DNA of 63,286 nt, filler included, from Choristocarpus tenellus KU-1152 (GCA_964200185.2; 11 parts of 11 records of this genome joined end to end with filler, not necessarily neighbours in it); one strand, 5' to 3'. Positions 48,832-63,113 are shown, numbered from the whole stretch's first letter. A program made the numbers and translations. The notes: a model not told the origin generated them from the sequence alone.

Positions 48832-50890
48832 GGTCAGTGCCTACTGCAAGCTCACAGAACACCAAGGCACGGGAAGTACCCAAAGATGGAAGGCGGAGGA
48901 AAGCACTCAGCGTAGAGGAGTTGCAGGTGAATGGCCCCCTGTCTTGTTTTGAACATATGTCAAGAGTGTTATTTTATGTTCTTGACTGGCAGTACGGATC
49001 AGTGCACAATGAAAGCACATAAGGGGGTTGGAAGGTTGGAGTCACTCTTGGGAGGGGGGTAAGCTGCTAGATAATTTGTTTGTGATATGTATGTGCGTGT
49101 GTGTTATTTCTTGGAACTTTCTTGGAAATTTCTTGGAACTGTTTTGGAATGCCTTTTTTTGTCCCTTCCTCTGTTGTCAGCCTTAGTTTCAACAGTCTGT
49201 GGGGCAGGTTATGTAAAGTGTTCGAAGTGATGCTGAACAGAGGGAGTACAAGATTGAAAAGTCCTCTGTTGGCGTGCTCACAGTTTTTCCTATACACTTC
49301 ATAGTGTTGGGCAATGCTGCTGGAAGGTAATTGAAAGTTTGATCATTTTGGTAGTGAGGAGGGTGTCATGAGTTGATTGGGGAGATAGAAATGGAAGGGG
49401 GAAAGGGGGGTGTTGGTCCACTTGTACCAAATGAGAGTTGATAGGTTCTTGCAAAAAGATGAAACTTCGATCCAGTTAACCCCCTTAAAATACAGTTTTT
49501 CTTTTGTAATTTTTATGTATGTATTCATAGGATATGCTTCTTTTATATGGGAGGAATCGTTTCTGGAGTGGTATTAATGATTAATTTATATATTATTGAT
49601 TTATGTATATATTAATTTATATATTATTGATTTATGTATATATTAATTTATATATTGATTTATGTATAGACTAGAGAGAAGGAATAGGACCGAAAATGAG
49701 ATATTTTTTGTCCAACTTCTTGACCAGATGTGAAAAACTTGATGCTTGGATAGGTGAGGCATTAACCTTGGTGACAAACTGAGATGTTCATTACAAAGCT
49801 TGTGTGGGTGCATTGGTGGGTGGGTGGAATGTGAGCGTGGCAGGGTGCTTGGTGTGGTTGTGTGGAGGGGTGATGAATTTTGCCAAAGGGTTATTGTTGT
49901 ATCTGAATGGAGGTTGAACAGCTACTGTGTGTGTGTGTCAAACTGGTTCTGACTTGAATTTAAAATATACTGTACTTGTGTTTGTGTGGAAGGTGGGTGC
50001 TGTTATGATACACCTCGTCTGTATTTTGTATATATTTTTCCTTGAAGGTTGGGGGGCGTTTGCTCTTGAATTCTGTATTAGTTGTCTGTTTGAAATGTAC
50101 TATTGACGTACTATTGACGTCAAGTAGTACATTCTCCCTTCATTTCCGGGTTTGAACTAATAGGTGCTTCCCTGATGTTAAGGAAAAGGAGGGATGAAAG
50201 ACTTTAGTACTCTGTTGTTCAGATGTCACAGCAGTACCTCACCTTCATGACCAACCAGTATGAGGATGTATGTCTACAGGGGGGTGATGCACCTCTCCTC
50301 TGGCAGTCCTAGGCTCAGCATGTCTGGAAAATCTTGTTTTAATTGCTGGAAAATACACTCTCAGCACTTGGATACAGAATTTGGAACCATGGATTCCTGA
50401 TGTATTTGCTCCAATGAAGTGTTCCCATGCTCAAGTCCGATCTGGGAGACCTCTTTAAGGGGGCATTGTGTCAGTTAAGTCATATAGTTCCTGATTTCTG
50501 CTGAACCTTATCTTTCTTCTCCCTCTACCACCTTTCCGTTCATGCTGCTCCACTCCCATGTCGCTTTTCTTGCGTCAGGAGCGTGTCAAGCAAGTGTCAG
50601 AGGACAACAATCGCCTCAAGTTGCATGTGAGACTTCTATATGCTGCAATCTTGTAAAAGTGGAATATGCGTGATGGCATGAGTTTTGTCTTCACTCTCTG
50701 GTTCTCTGGATCACTGCCTTGTTCACACATGAGATATTGATATTTACTGTGTCACACATGAGATAATGATCTTTGCTATGTCCTGGTGGAAGGGCTGAGT
50801 CTTCTGTGTTGAGTGTGACTCTGAGTGTGACTTGGTCTTCTGTGTCCTTGTGTGTATATTCACTGTTTATATCACATTCTTTGTTATTAA

Positions 50891-50948
<58 letters not shown>

Positions 50949-53900
50949 TGTAATAGTGTTCTTTTTGATAATATTAATATAGCCATTCCGTACTCTTATG
51001 ATGTGACCATCTGGTTTGTTAACCTATACTCTTTGTTGTGAATACTATATAGGAATGTTGTCGAGTCCTAGTTATTACTGTATCATCCTGGAGCACCCTC
51101 CACTTCAACAAGACAACAGGGACGGCTAATGCAGGCATGGTGTGGAAACCTGTGTGCAGATTAAGCGGAAAATCTTCCTTCCTATCCCATTCCCCCCACT
51201 GCACTCCATTCCCAACATTTCCTTTTTGTATTTGGTGCCAATGGATAATAACAATAATGCTTTGAGCAACGCCCATCGACCAACACTATTCAAGAGTGTG
51301 GAAATAGTAGGGATAATGGACTTTCAGCGGATACACGCATCACATTTGTTTTTTCAAAGGAAAAATATAATGGCTAGCCCTGACTCCCCCCTCCCCCTCC
51401 TCCCGCCTCCTTCTCCATGGCACTTCCTCTTGTGGCAATGACAATACAGCTTGTGAATGTCAACGAGAAAAAGAGGATGATGGAGGGGAAGAAGAGGGTG
51501 ATGAACAAAGACATCGCCGAGAAGGTGTGCTGGGTGAATGTGTGATACAGCTGGTGTTGCTCCAAATTCTACCCTCTTGGCATTTGAGGCACTGTTCTGA
51601 TATTTCTTTACCGTTACCCCAGCCCCAGCCCCAAGTGTTTTTTTCTTGTCCGCCTCTTTCATGATGCTCTGTGGAGACCTCGTTGATATCCTCTTGGCCT
51701 ACCTTGAGTTTTATGCTCGATCCTCTCTCATCTGCTTTATATTCACTTTAGATTATGCACCAAATGACATTGCTATGTTATACACTTCACACTTGTGTAT
51801 GTGAAGCTCGTGTACGTGTGGAATATGGAGAGAGACGCACTATTTTGCGCTTGAATATGAGTCAAAACATTTGGATGACTTGTTGATTCTGACATTTATA
51901 CTTTTGTTCGTCCCTCCAGTGTCGAGGGGAGAATATACCCTTCCGTTCCAATGAGGGGCTTGAGATCTGCAATGTGTTTAGTGTGCTCACCTTAATATTC
52001 ATTTGTATTGTGAAAGTGGGCTAGACCAACGATGTTGTGTCAATGTTGAAACGATTACCCTATTCCTAAGGGGAGATGCACCTTTATTCTACTTTCCGTT
52101 GGTCTAAGAGAAATTGGGGTTACATAGCATCCACTATGCCTTTGCCATGGTAACACGAGGCACTTCTGTGTGAATGGATGAGTCGTTTCACCTCTTATTG
52201 CTTGACGTGGATTGCAGATCTTATCTTTCCCGGCTGAAATGCTTGTTCAAAACGGAATCTGATTCTGTAACACTTGACAGCTAGCGGCCCAGCAGCTTCA
52301 TCCAAGCAAGGACAACGAGACTAACCTGGTGAATGCGTTGTCTCGATTTAAGGACCTGTATGCCGACTATGGAGACCATCGCAAGAAGGAGGCGAGTGCT
52401 TCAATATGAAATTTCGATCTCCGCTATAGTATCATAGAGTTGTATTCCATTTTGCAAAGCCAGCAGGAGTGAATGCGAAGACTCTCCCTTCTTGAGAGGA
52501 AATGGGGTATGCTCTGTAGGTGTCATCACCATCCCTTTCTCGCTCGATTGCTTGTAGAAGTTGATGCATGTCTCTATGACATCTATTGTTGTGCATGAAT
52601 CTGTTCAGTTGCTTGTTCTACAGGTGTCCATTAGCCTTTTGCTGACGAAAAGGGTCTCTTTGTTGTCCTTGGTTCAGGTGGAATTTCACCTCAAGCAGTT
52701 GGAGAGACAGATTGTGCCTACCAATACGACTAAGATGAGCCTCTGGACGCTGGAGCAGGATGAGTCATTCTTCAAGAACCGCAAGAAGGGAAGCCTCAGT
52801 CATATACTGACCAATGAGCTTGGGTGAGGGTCTTTGATGAGAGGGGAGGGGGCAAGAGGAAATCAAGTTGGCATGAATGGGTGTGGGAGGGGGGGGCTAG
52901 CCATCATCTCACTTGGTTAGGTATGCAGTAACATTATGGCTTTGTGCCACTAGTCTTGCCTGCCACTTTGTGCATTTTTGTTGTTTTGTGCTGGTATCAG
53001 AAAAACGACAGCCTCTGATGCAACTGTTGCCAAGGGAGAGGGTCAGAGGGGGAGCAATGCCTGTTTGCATCTTTTTTGAGTGAAAGTATCTTAGAGGGTA
53101 TGAGTTTTGCCCTGTTTGTCCATTTGGGGCTTGACTTCCTATGGGTTTTTTGTGATATTTTTCCTACTCCGAAATGTTTCGGAGTAGGTAATATGTATAT
53201 GTTATGAAATGGTGTGTCCGGAACAAGGATACTGACACTTCCTAACAAATACGACGGATAAAATTATATGGAAATCGCAACATTGGATTTTGGCCCCCGA
53301 ATGGACGCGGTCCTACCCTCTAAGATACTTTGACTCTTTTTTTGTTTTTTTTGTCAAGAACGTGACTAGCAAGGTAAAGTTTCACCATAGGAATGAACTA
53401 TAGCGAGGTTGGAATTTCGTTGTGCTAACAATTGTCCCATCTGTCATACATACATTGTTTATTTCCAACAGTTAGCTTGTCTTCAAGGTTTATATATAAA
53501 GGGGGCGAAACCGCTGTCAGTACCTGCTTGAAATCACTTGCAGCAACAGCATCGCAAAGTGAAGTGTTTTGGTGGGGTGCTGGAACAAAGTTTATTTGTT
53601 TTGTCCATGAGAGCAACAAATGGCTTTCCAAGCGATAGACTGATGTATCTCTCCCTATATACAGTGCAGGTTAAAATACCTATTGGGTGGGATGTGAGTG
53701 GATGCAAGTATTTATACTGGTGTTAGGACTTTAGCTACTGCATTCTTCCTTGGGGTTTATGGGAACAAATCGTCAGTGATAGAATTGTGTCTGCAAGTAA
53801 TCAATGCAGCAAAAGTGTGGAGGGGATGTGGCAAGATCCAATCAAATTGCTCCGAGTTTCTGGTACAACAATTGCGCCTCTACGAGCTCTGCAAAATGTT

Positions 53901-56041
53901 GATGGTTCTCTTTACGTTTGTGTAGGTCTGGATAAACTGGAAGGCTGATTTCATTTTCCAGTTTTTGTCTCTTTGGGGGGCATTGGGACAGAGGCGTAAG
54001 CAAAACAGAGTCATTGTTTGTATAGATTGACTGCCATGGCTGCCTTTATCTCTGGCAGGAGGCATGCACCAATATTCTCACAGAAGCTCTGATGTCATAG
54101 AGGAGGCAGGGTAAAAACCATGCCTAGCGATCAAGGGTAGGTTGAAGCAGGGTCCCCTGCGTTGAGTTGCAAGATTCCATCTTAGTTCTTAGATCACTAC
54201 TGTGACAACCCAATAATTGTGATATACCTGGGTTCCTAGTTTATTTTCTGGAGTTTTGGTTTTGTGGTTTGGATCTCTCCGCTATGAAAGGTAAAAGTGA
54301 GTACATCACTGTTAACATATCACACAATATCCTGAAAACCAAGAAGGGCACGGTGGTGTGTGACACAGGCCGTAAATCAGTCCTATGTGACTTATTAGTC
54401 ACAAGCAGAGGGCGTAAGGTGAGTAGATTTCAACAGAGGCATCTGCATGCTCTCTCTGCAGTCAACAGTGTTTTAGTAACTGCTGTAGTGGATCAGACTG
54501 CATTTAGACCGGAGATTCCTGTAGAAATGTCCGATTGGACTCCACTTTTGGCCTGTGTACTCCTGACTATAGCTCTGGTAGGAAAAGCTGGTGTTTATCT
54601 GCAGTGACTAACCAAGGGACTTCTGCATAGACATTGGATAGCCGAAGTATACATAGGACTAAGTTATACACACGGCTAGGTATATGTATTCAGGTTCCTT
54701 GCTTACTGTATTCAGTAGTACATACCATTAGTGCTAAGGATGCAGTACTGCCCTGATAACCGGCTGAATGGAGTTGTGGTATAGAAAACTCCTTAATTTG
54801 GTTTTCTTCGAAGCGAAGTAAGTTGTGGAGATAAACTGAAGGCAAGTCAACATATCATCAAGCCCTTTCCTGCAGTTTGGTCGTTTCAAGTTGATGTAGC
54901 ATCTTTAGGTTTGGTGTCCATGCATCTGTGTGTTCTTTGTTTGGTAACCATATAGAGCTGTATCACCTGCACCCTGTCTTGGTAGAGAGAAGTCCTTATT
55001 ACTTCATAGATGGCTTCCCTCACCCACCTTGTGCCTACATTCTCTCCTGGAACTAAAAAGTGTAACTGAAGAACAGATCAGCCTTATCCAGGAGAGGAGG
55101 ACGAGGATAAAGAGCCTACTTAGTGAGCTTGAGGAATCACTCCGACTTGTCAAGGAACTCCAGGTGGCAAGTGAGGTGCGTGATGGGTTGTCGTGATATC
55201 AGGAGAGAGATAGTTCATACTTGAGAGAGCAAGTTGGGCACTGGGATACTAGGTGTAGATACTGTTGTGAGCATCGGGAGGTGTACTGGTATGGAAAGTA
55301 TGAAATTTCCCCTGTAGTAATTCATTGCATGACACTGGTGGCTTTTTTCTTGCATTGCAAGTGACATTGAAGGCCAACTGCCCTGACAGGTGGAGCGAAT
55401 GACCTTTCTTCTCAATGAATACAGAGCAGACCTGTGAGTGTAGATTTGGTAGAAGCTTTTGGCTTATGCACCGTAGTTGTGTGGTTTTAACTCTCCATAG
55501 CCTCAACCATTTGCAAGTATCATACATGCACTGAATCCCTACTTGATGAGCTTTCAGTCATACTTTTGTGAACTACAGTATATACCTGGTACACACAATG
55601 AAGTAATTACATCTGTAACTTGGCTAAGGTATTAATAGTACTTTGAAAAGAATTGATCTTCAATGATTGATCAAAAAGTACATGGTTGTACATCCATGAA
55701 ATGTTGTTGGTGGTGTGATGAAGTGTGTATGCTCTGTACCACATTGATACAGCTCAAACTCAATTTTGACAGGAAAATCAATAGACGGCAATACTAATAA
55801 AGTGGTTATCACTGTCTCACATCACCCTTCTCTCCATGTTGCCTTTTTTTTATTCGTGTCCTACGTTTGTTGGCAGGCAAAGAACGCCAAATTTGAGGAG
55901 AGAATGGCGCAGTTGCAAAGTGTCTTCACTCCCCAGCAGGTAGGGCAACTGGTGCTATGGGTCAACAAAAACAGGGCGGCCATTTCCAAATTGAAGCTAT
56001 ATCTGCCTGACGAAGAACAAATGATGAAGACTCCCTATTAA
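48832..56041 (+). CDS. Putative bZIP-type transcription factor with C-terminal DOG1-like helical region (3' part, multi-exon)
   Basis: In-phase exons ERVKQVSEDNNRLKLH | LVNVNEKKR..IAEK | LAAQQ..RFKDLYADYGDHRKKE | VEFHLKQLERQIVPTNTTKMSLWTLEQDESFF | ..RIKSLLSELEESL.. | ..VFTPQQVGQLVLWVNKN..PY*. The basic DNA-binding exon was not located, so the bZIP call is inferred. Confidence 0.55.
49579..49668. repeat. AT-rich tandem repeat of about 31 bp, 3 copies
   Basis: ATTAATTTATATATTATTGATTTATGTATAT. Confidence 0.85.
50891..50948. repeat. (TTA)n microsatellite
   Basis: Directly visible. Confidence 0.95.
53078..53336 (+). mobile_element. 259-bp MITE (family 1), intronic
   Basis: Same TIRs and length as 28806-29064; TTTT on both flanks. 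Confidence 0.9.
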
Positions 56042-58334
56042 TGGGGGAAAGGAGCGGCATGAAAGTTGGGCATAGTGTAAGAGAAAAAATGTACTCCAGA
56101 AATGGCCTCAGCATGTTGTTTAGCTTTGTAGTATGTTAGCAAGAGTTATTGTGGGCTGCTTTTGTCTCTATTATGTTGAGGGCTGCTCTGGAGGAGACAC
56201 AATACACTTATTCAACTTCCTTTACACATGTATATCTGACAACCAACAGTAGTAGTGCCAGAACCAGGCCCAATATGTCCATTGTGCTTTGTATTTAATG
56301 CTATGGATTTAATCAATATAATAATGTTTTTTAATACTCGTTTGTCCTCAGATGATGATGACATGTCCTTCCGTCTCTCTTATGTTGCTTTTATAGAACT
56401 CCCTGACTGAGAGGTTGTTTGTGGTACATGATTATTGAAGGTAAGAACTTGATATTTCGCAAGGCAATCTAAATATGGGTTCCAGGTGATGCTTGCGTAC
56501 TATACACCATTTGATGCTAAGTGTGGAACAGTATATGGAAATGGTGTGCTTCTGTTCGTCTGCGTGGTGCATAACCAGCAAAGGGATTTTTTGGTTCTAG
56601 TAACTATATAGAACTTCGAAGTATATTCTATTTGTTTAGAAAGAAAATAATTGCGGTTTGGGTAAGGGTTCTTACGGGGGGGGTTCAAACCAGACACTCC
56701 CTCCCTGCAGGTTGTGCTGACTTTAACCGACTCTAAAATTTGCATTTCCCCACTATCCGCTCTCAGTAATGTACTTTAGTCTACGCTCGAATAAACATAT
56801 TGAAGCATCATTGCTGTTCCTTGTACTCCCTCAGCCATGGTCGACATTTGGCTCGAGTACTCTGTACCTTTCACCAGTTCAGACATGCATAAAGAGCAGG
56901 GCACAGTCGGTTGAATCGTATTTTTATTAGCGTACTATGCACAGATAAAAAACAAATGCGGCGATGCATATCAACAGAGCTCCATTGGACATGGAAAACA
57001 ACTCCAACACAACTGCGACACTGAAACAGATAAGAGTTGCATGGGATGCTAGGATATGAACTGAACATGAGAGTTTGTCGTAGGTAACACCATCGATATA
57101 GACAGATGGGACCTCAAGGTGGGCTGGAACGTTGGCGAGAAGAGAAATTAGGGCATTGTTAAGGATTGATTGTTCACTGCTTGCTCTAAGTTGTTACATG
57201 ATTGCCCAGAGCAGAGGGGTGTATCACAGCATGTTTTGCTTGACTTTCTATGCCTTTTTGAGCATCCTGCTCACTCTCTCCGTTTATCTTTATGCTGTCG
57301 TTGTTCACATGAGTTGTTAGCTGAGCACAGTACTCAAGCCCTTATCACCCCTGTCTGCTGGAGCCATACATAGATATCTTACACCAGTCCTGTGTCTGAC
57401 CATACAGCGCTGCAAGGACATCTTTCACATTTTCCCTTTTCTTGAGTTGTCTCTATAAGGGCCATGGCTGTTATTCCATCTCTGAGCTACCAGGGTTGCA
57501 ACAAGATATTAATCTTGCCTCTCACCATGGAGAGATCATCTCCACCAGTCCAGAGCCCCCAGTTCCGGTTCCATCACAGTAGGCAGGTGAACTACGCTAA
57601 ACAAAATCAGGTAGCACAGGTGGGTTTTTTCAGAATATTATTATGGGGATGAGCTCTTCAGAAAGATGAGAGATCGGGATTGAACATCAATTTAACAGGT
57701 TGGAGTAAATTACTGAGCACGCTCACCACTGCCAGAGTGCTGCTTTTCTTCTATTTCTTTTTCTTGGTCATTGTTGTGTTTGTCTTTCCTTAGAGTGGAA
57801 TTTATGTGACAGTTTTGTTTTGGATTTGATCGAATTGGGCTGTGACACTGAAATTGATGTGTGATGATGTCAATGATGTCCTACCCCAAGTATTGGGAGG
57901 ATTTCTCTTGGGTGCCTTGGTTAGTTACATTGTTTATTTGTTCTTTAGTTTCCTCTCGTTGTTTTTGTTCATATCTTTTTCAATAATATCTTGTTTTCTC
58001 AAGCGCATTAGTATTGCTTTTCCCTCTGACTACAGACCTGATGAGTTTGTTTGCCTTGAAGGCATCATCAGTGACACATGTGCTATATCACTGCCGAGAT
58101 CAGCAGCAGGATCCTGAAAAGCTTGGAGTTGTTACTGAGAAAATAGTTGAGTGGTCCATGACATGACGTCAGTTTTGTCACTTGAGGTTCTGTATATGGT
58201 TATATGATATGGATACTTCAAATCCAATACATGAAGTTTCCTCCCATCACAACAAATTCCTCTAACGTTGCATTGAATTTTCCAAACAAGTCGGAATGCA
58301 CGAATCATGCAAATGTCCCACCCCACCTACTAGG

Positions 58335-58620
58335 AGGGTGTCCTTGCGAAGAATGGGTGTGAGGGTATTGAGGAGGTAGTGCAAAAACAGAATCTCTTAT
58401 TCACCATGTTTGTTGCAAACATGGGGGGTGAGCGACTTCCCAAGGTGTTGATGTTTAGGGTGCCCATAGAATCTAGATGGAAAACGAGAGCAAGGTGAAC
58501 AGAATAAGACTCATGGATGGCCCTGGAAGATGACCTGGAGTAATTTGGGACTGTGGTTGATGCTGGAGTGCATGGACAACCAACCAGCAGAGGTGGTACA
58601 AGCGCGTGGCTTGGGATCCT
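58335..58620 (+). mobile_element. RTE-clade LINE C-terminal relic
   Basis: GIEEVVQKQNLLFTMFVANMGGERLPKVLMF..W..LEDDLE*FG matches the RTE 'RM..RLPK.hhFG..W...L.xDL' pattern; contains stops. Confidence 0.7.
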
Positions 58621-58695
58621 GGTGTTGGTGTTGTGGACCCCCCCACCCCCCCCCCCCCCGGTAATTTTGGTCGTTTCTAACAAAGTGGTGGGGGG

Positions 58696-58795
58696 NNNNN
58701 NNNNNNNNNNNNNNNNNNNNNNNNNNNNNNNNNNNNNNNTTAATTAATTAANNNNNNNNNNNNNNNNNNNNNNNNNNNNNNNNNNNNNNNNNNNN
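58696..58795. other. Artificial contig-joining spacer
   Basis: N44-TTAATTAATTAA-N44. Confidence 0.97.
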
Positions 58796-59068
58796 CCAAC
58801 AATATTGAGGTCATAAAAAAAACCGCACACCCCCATTCCCGTCTATCTCTACCCCCATCAGATTTTACCCATCCTTTTACCACTTCCTCTCTCCTCTTGA
58901 CCCCATCCCTTTCACAAAGACTCTTGCCATTGCCCCTCGGTCACCTCCATATTTACTTCCACCTATCAGTACCAGTGCATTCATTGCCTTGATCACTCCA
59001 ACCCTTCTCCACTCACACATTCCAATATAACTACTTCTCAAGCCTTGCCCCTTGCCCGCAGTTCCTAC

Positions 59069-62000
59069 CCCTTCGACAAGACCCTCTCTGCACGAGCCCG
59101 GGTCCTCCTCTCAGCTGCAGCAAGCCAGGCAGAAGCAGCTTTACCTCCATCTACAACTTGGGCAGCCGCCTCCCGCAAGGCCTTGGCATTGTCTGTGAGA
59201 GTCACTCGTTCTCGTTCGAGTGCCCCAACCTCCAAGTGGAGGGTGGATAACAAGTCCTGAGTATCAAGTGCTGCCTCTATTCCCCCCTGGCCCTGGAGAT
59301 CGAGAACCTGCAGGGATGGATACAGAACGGGTGGTGATTTAGCTCAGAAAGAGTTGACCCCAAAACAGTACTGCATGATGTTAGCAATAATGCAGGTAGC
59401 TGTAGGTGCCGCTAGAAACAAAACCATAAGGAAGTGTGGAAATTCTGTTGCACATCCCTCCCCCCTCCCTTACACAGCAATGGTTGGAACCATAACGCTT
59501 TCGATTTTCTTGTGTGTGTGCCTATGAGTTATTTCTGTAGGTGTGCACATGTGTCTGAAACCGACACCAGTCACTTGCTTGGCCAGCCTCAACAATGTAA
59601 TTTTGAGTCACTCTCCTCATTTTGCACATGTAAACCATGATAAGAAACGTTCAGCAAAAAGTATGGACGGTGCTCCACCTTTCTACACCAGGAACGCCAT
59701 TTGTTGAGTCTGACCAGATTGCTAGTAGTGGTGACAGGCATATGCATGCAATGTTGCCATGGATACATTATACATCACCTTTGCTCTTTCCAAGCCCTCC
59801 CGCCCACCCCCCCCCCTCTCTCTTTCTGAGGTCGGAGCAGGAAGTATTTATAGCTACCCAGTCCTACCAAGAAGCTTGGGGCACCCTTCACCCGAGGATT
59901 AGTCTCTTTTCCCACTCCAGAATTCACATCAAGTTACCAATGTGGAATGTCCCTATATCTACCTCTCCAAATTATCGCATGAAACGACGATTACACTACA
60001 CATAGGCACACATGCACTGGCACGCACACTCTTAAAAAAAAAAAATGATTCTACCTATCCTTCCATCTGTCAAGTGCAATGTGCAACATATATATATATT
60101 TATCATCGTCACGCTGTGAGGGGTAGGGGTCCATTAAATCGAGGATATATATATATGTATGTGTGTGGGTGTATGTGCATATGTGGATAGCATGCCAGAA
60201 AATATGATCGACTTGGACTTTAGGAAGTATCACTCCGAACACCACATTAATATCCCTCGCCGCCCCCTTCACTTCCCTTTTTCCACAGGGTGCCCAGAAC
60301 ATGCTTCAACTCTTATGTGAAGGAAAGTAACATAAGAGATCATTAGCAGAGAGAAGTGATATCAAACACGATTGACTGATGAGTGTCAACATACTAGTAG
60401 GAACGATTCTATCGTGCCAAATTGGATTAATGGGTGTGCCAATAGACACATGGAGACAGGAGTTTGTGCCATAGTATCCTTGAGGAGGGGGTGTTTAGCC
60501 CAGGTTGTCCGTTTGAGACTTGATGGGGTATTGCAAGATATCCCAGTTTGTTTCATGCCCGTTTTGCGAGTGATTTACCTTTGGATTTGGTTCAGGGCAG
60601 GGGGGTGGAAAAGGAAGGTGCATTCAGATGAAGGAAATTGCCCTGGCATCTGACACGTTTGCTCAGATGACACGAAAATCACTTCAGGTTGGTTCACACC
60701 GGCCCTGAATGGATGCTTGAAGCCCCCCCTAGGATACTATGGGTCTTCAGAGGACGGTGGAGTAGTGATGGAGATTCATTACTCAGTTATAAATTGGCAA
60801 ATGGGCAATGGCTTCTTTGACCTGTACCCCATTTCTAATACTGGTGCCACTCCTGTTGCACCAGTTCTTTGTTCTTAGAAGAAAAATAACTGTTGAAGTA
60901 CCACGACCCTAACTCTAGGGTCCTCCCATCCAATCTCCCCCCTTACTCTACCCTACCCTACCTTTTTTAACTTCCCTTTTTGTCATAACAAAGTTTGCAA
61001 ATTCATCCATGAAGACAAACTCGGAAATACAATTTTTCAATTGCAATACCTGTTTCTCCAGTGCATGTATCCGTTCTTGGAGTGCAGATGTATCCCGCCT
61101 TGGTTTGACCCCCTCGTCTGTCGCCCCTGCCATAGTCACCTCGGCCCTCGCCACAGCCTCCTTCTCAATCAAGGAGGGGGCCGTGGCAAGAGAACTCAAA
61201 GTCTCTAAACCTTGTTGTATGCGGGAGCTATGAGAGGAAGAAGCAGAGGCCTTGGCTAGGGCTTCTCTGAGGTATTCAACCTCAGTCACGAGCCGGCTGC
61301 ATTGCTCCCTGGGGTTAAAGTCAAAGTGTAAGGGATCATTGTAGGGAGTACCAGCAATAGGTATATGCTAGGGTGACAGCTGAGTAACTCACATGCACTT
61401 TGAAGCCACTTGATTAGCCTCAGGCAGAACACATCCCATTTAGGGTAAGGTGCGCCCCTGCATGCATTAATTGTGTGCGTTAGGCAGTTTTTTGAGTAGG
61501 GTGTGGTAGTACCCCCATGATTTTCTCACCCGATTTTCGTGTCCGCGCAATAAAGGTTCAAAGAAAACTTCTCTGTAGGATATTGGTTCAAAGAATAACA
61601 CATGCTGCCCGCACCAAAACTGTGGTTTGTGTCAGGTAAGTTCAAGGAGTGTTGTATGCCACCAAGGAATTTGTCGTAAGCATTTGTGAGGGTCGTGAAC
61701 TTCAAATTGGTATAAATTTGAACAAAAACACAAGAGTCTCAATATGGTAGTAGAACCAGAAAGGGTTGTAGCCCCTTGTGATAAAGTGTTTGGTGGGACT
61801 CAAGTTTAGATATACGCCGATGGCTTGCCAAACTTCAATTGAAAGTATAGAGGGTGACTAGCAGCTCAAGGTATCTGGGGGGGTGGGGGGAGGTCTACAC
61901 CAGGGTGTCCATTCGGGCCCTTACCAGGAAAATTTCATTTACATTACCCATCTGACACATGCAACCAAATCACACAAAAACCACAACGTGGAAAATTGAG

Positions 62001-63113
62001 CCCAAATGGACAGCCGCCACCCCCCCCCAGATACTTTGAGCCTAGCCTATGCACCCCTAGTCCATGGTTGCAGTATTGCCATTATTGGTTGGTACCAAAG
62101 AAAGCACCCATTGAAAACTCACTCACCTAGCTTCTGTGTCCGTTCTCTCCAATTGCTGTACAAGTGTCTCAGCTGCTTGCCTGCGGCGAGCCCTTCGTAG
62201 CTCAGAACCTACTTTATCTTTCCCATATGTCTCACCAGTGGTACCAGCCCGGTCACTGCTTCCAACAGTGTCCATGGTTCTTTCCTCGGCAGTCATCAGA
62301 ACCAACTTCTGGTGAACTTGTGCCAACCTTGTAAAAAGGAATCACTTGCACTTTGAGGCAGCATGCCTCTGTAAAGTTGATCAGTAATAACTGAGAGACA
62401 CTAATATGTAGTTCTTTTTCAACCACCACAATTCTATATCCTGAGATGCCTGGATAATTGATAAAGCTGTCCACTACCGCAGCACTACCAGGCCAGCTGC
62501 TGCCTGTACAAGCATCAAAATGCTACGGATGCACATGGCCATTGCGTTTTCCATTAGTAGACTCAAGTAATGGGATCAAGGCAAACACCAATCTGCTCAA
62601 GCATCATGTACAGCAGAGTTCATGTTCACCTGTGATCCCGGTCAGCCACCATGTCCTGTAGCACAACAGCAAGCCGCTTGCTCCCCACCTTTTCTCCCTC
62701 TAGCTGCAGTCGAAGGGACTCTTGCTCATGTCCCATGGCATCTAGCCTTGAAACGTTACACAAATGTGCCGTACAGATTGATACACAAATGGACACACAC
62801 AGGAATATAGATGCCAATGGCCGTGTCAACCCTTTTGTGATATGCAGCTGTTCAACGCCTTGGTGAAACTCTCTCACGATCATGTCAACGAAATTTGCTT
62901 GGTGAAGTGATTGTTTGAAGGGTCAAAGTATTGGGAAGAATGATGCCTCCATTAATGGTTCCCTGGGGTTGCAGCTGGCATTGCCCCTGCCTTTTCTCAC
63001 TTCTTATCATTCAAGGTGCAGCGGATGCGCCACTGTTCAGCCTCTCTTCGAGCACGGTGGAGCTGTCGACTCCTTGCTGAAACATAGGCATGCAAACGAT
63101 GAGCACTGTCACC
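59069..63113 (-). CDS. Internal exons of a long coiled-coil protein
   Basis: Exons of about 63113-63001, 62745-62630, 62327-62127, 61308-61050 and 59307-59069 are rich in E/R/L/A heptads and bounded by AG/GT. Confidence 0.65.
61863..62042 (+). mobile_element. 180-bp MITE (family 2), intronic
   Basis: TIRs AGCTCAAGGTATCTGGGGGGG / CCCCCCCCAGATACTTTGAGCC; 4-bp TSD TAGC (61859-61862, 62043-62046). Confidence 0.85.

Noticed and set aside
57132-57960. PAP2/dolichyl-pyrophosphatase-like fragments (AQSR..DHTALQ..VLGGFLLG)
   Set aside because: Could not join them with canonical splice sites or find the other PAP2 motifs; possible but unsupported.
2716-58795. Regularly recurring TTAATTAATTAA palindrome
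   Set aside because: Always centred in 88 Ns: an artificial six-frame-stop linker. Neighbourhoods across linkers have no biological meaning.
17982-62300. Several CTGATGA hammerhead-core words (17982, 38268, 46275, 58038, 60376, 62293 minus)
   Set aside because: None has a convincing stem II plus GAAA plus closing helices; two lie in coding exons.
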